From Cyanobacteria bacterium P01_A01_bin.123 (lineage in GTDB: Bacteria; Cyanobacteriota; Cyanobacteriia; Phormidesmidales; Phormidesmidaceae): 64,000 bases of DNA. This document shows, piece after piece, positions 63,688 to 64,000 of the stretch. The translations under genes were made by a program, and so were the position numbers. The DNA lies in NCBI GenBank assembly GCA_039815185.1, contig JBCBZT010000011.1, positions 128,474 to 192,473 of the forward strand. The letters run 5' to 3'. The notes below the pieces were generated by a model that worked only from the letters and a program-made list of their open reading frames with translations, was not told the DNA's origin and did not search any database. The first letter of the stretch is position 1, and the number at the start of each line of letters is the position of its first letter.

Positions 63688-64000
63688 CGATCGAAGAAGA
63701 GTGCTCCCTTGTGTCTTACCGAGACCTACCGTGATCCACCTGATTCTAACCGTCCAGGCTTACCCGGATTTCTCGGTCGAAACGCCTTGGTCGTTACCGT
63801 GATGTGGCGGTTGCGACGTTGACCACGAATTTTGAGGGTAATGTAAGCCATGGGTAGCGCTCCTGTCCTAAAGAAATCAGTTTTGTAGATTGCCAATAGT
63901 CGGCATAAACCTTCATACAGTAGGAATATTCAGATTCCGCAGGATGTACTCGTGAATGTTATGGCTCAAGCAGATTGGGTGACTGTATCAGGGGTCATTA

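Overview
Chromosomal window from a filamentous cyanobacterium (frequent HIP1 GCGATCGC sites, a sepJ-like gene, an HpsE-like glycosyltransferase). Bases ~1-29.6 kb form an energy-metabolism island. It holds hypE, pfkA, a complete N-type ATPase operon (atpDCQRBEFAG, Na+-type c-subunit ligands), the bidirectional NiFe hydrogenase hoxEFUYHW and hypABFC. Interleaved with these are two universal stress proteins, hsp20, an orphan pstB, a CBS protein, an adenosine-kinase-like protein and several small proteins. The main unexplained signal is a 33-bp promoter-like module, CNNCA-N6-CCTCA-N11-TANNN(T), found nine times on the + strand with identical spacing in front of transcription units across the island. 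A probable tenth copy is cut by an IS6 end. This suggests one regulon joining the N-ATPase, the hydrogenase and the adenylate/stress genes. Bases ~29.1-32.8 kb are a decay zone (deleted PIN-PhoH gene, IS6 and IS5 remnants, AraC and azoreductase fragments). Bases ~32.8-64 kb are mostly ordinary housekeeping genes. All family calls come from my recognition of sequence motifs; no database searches were run.
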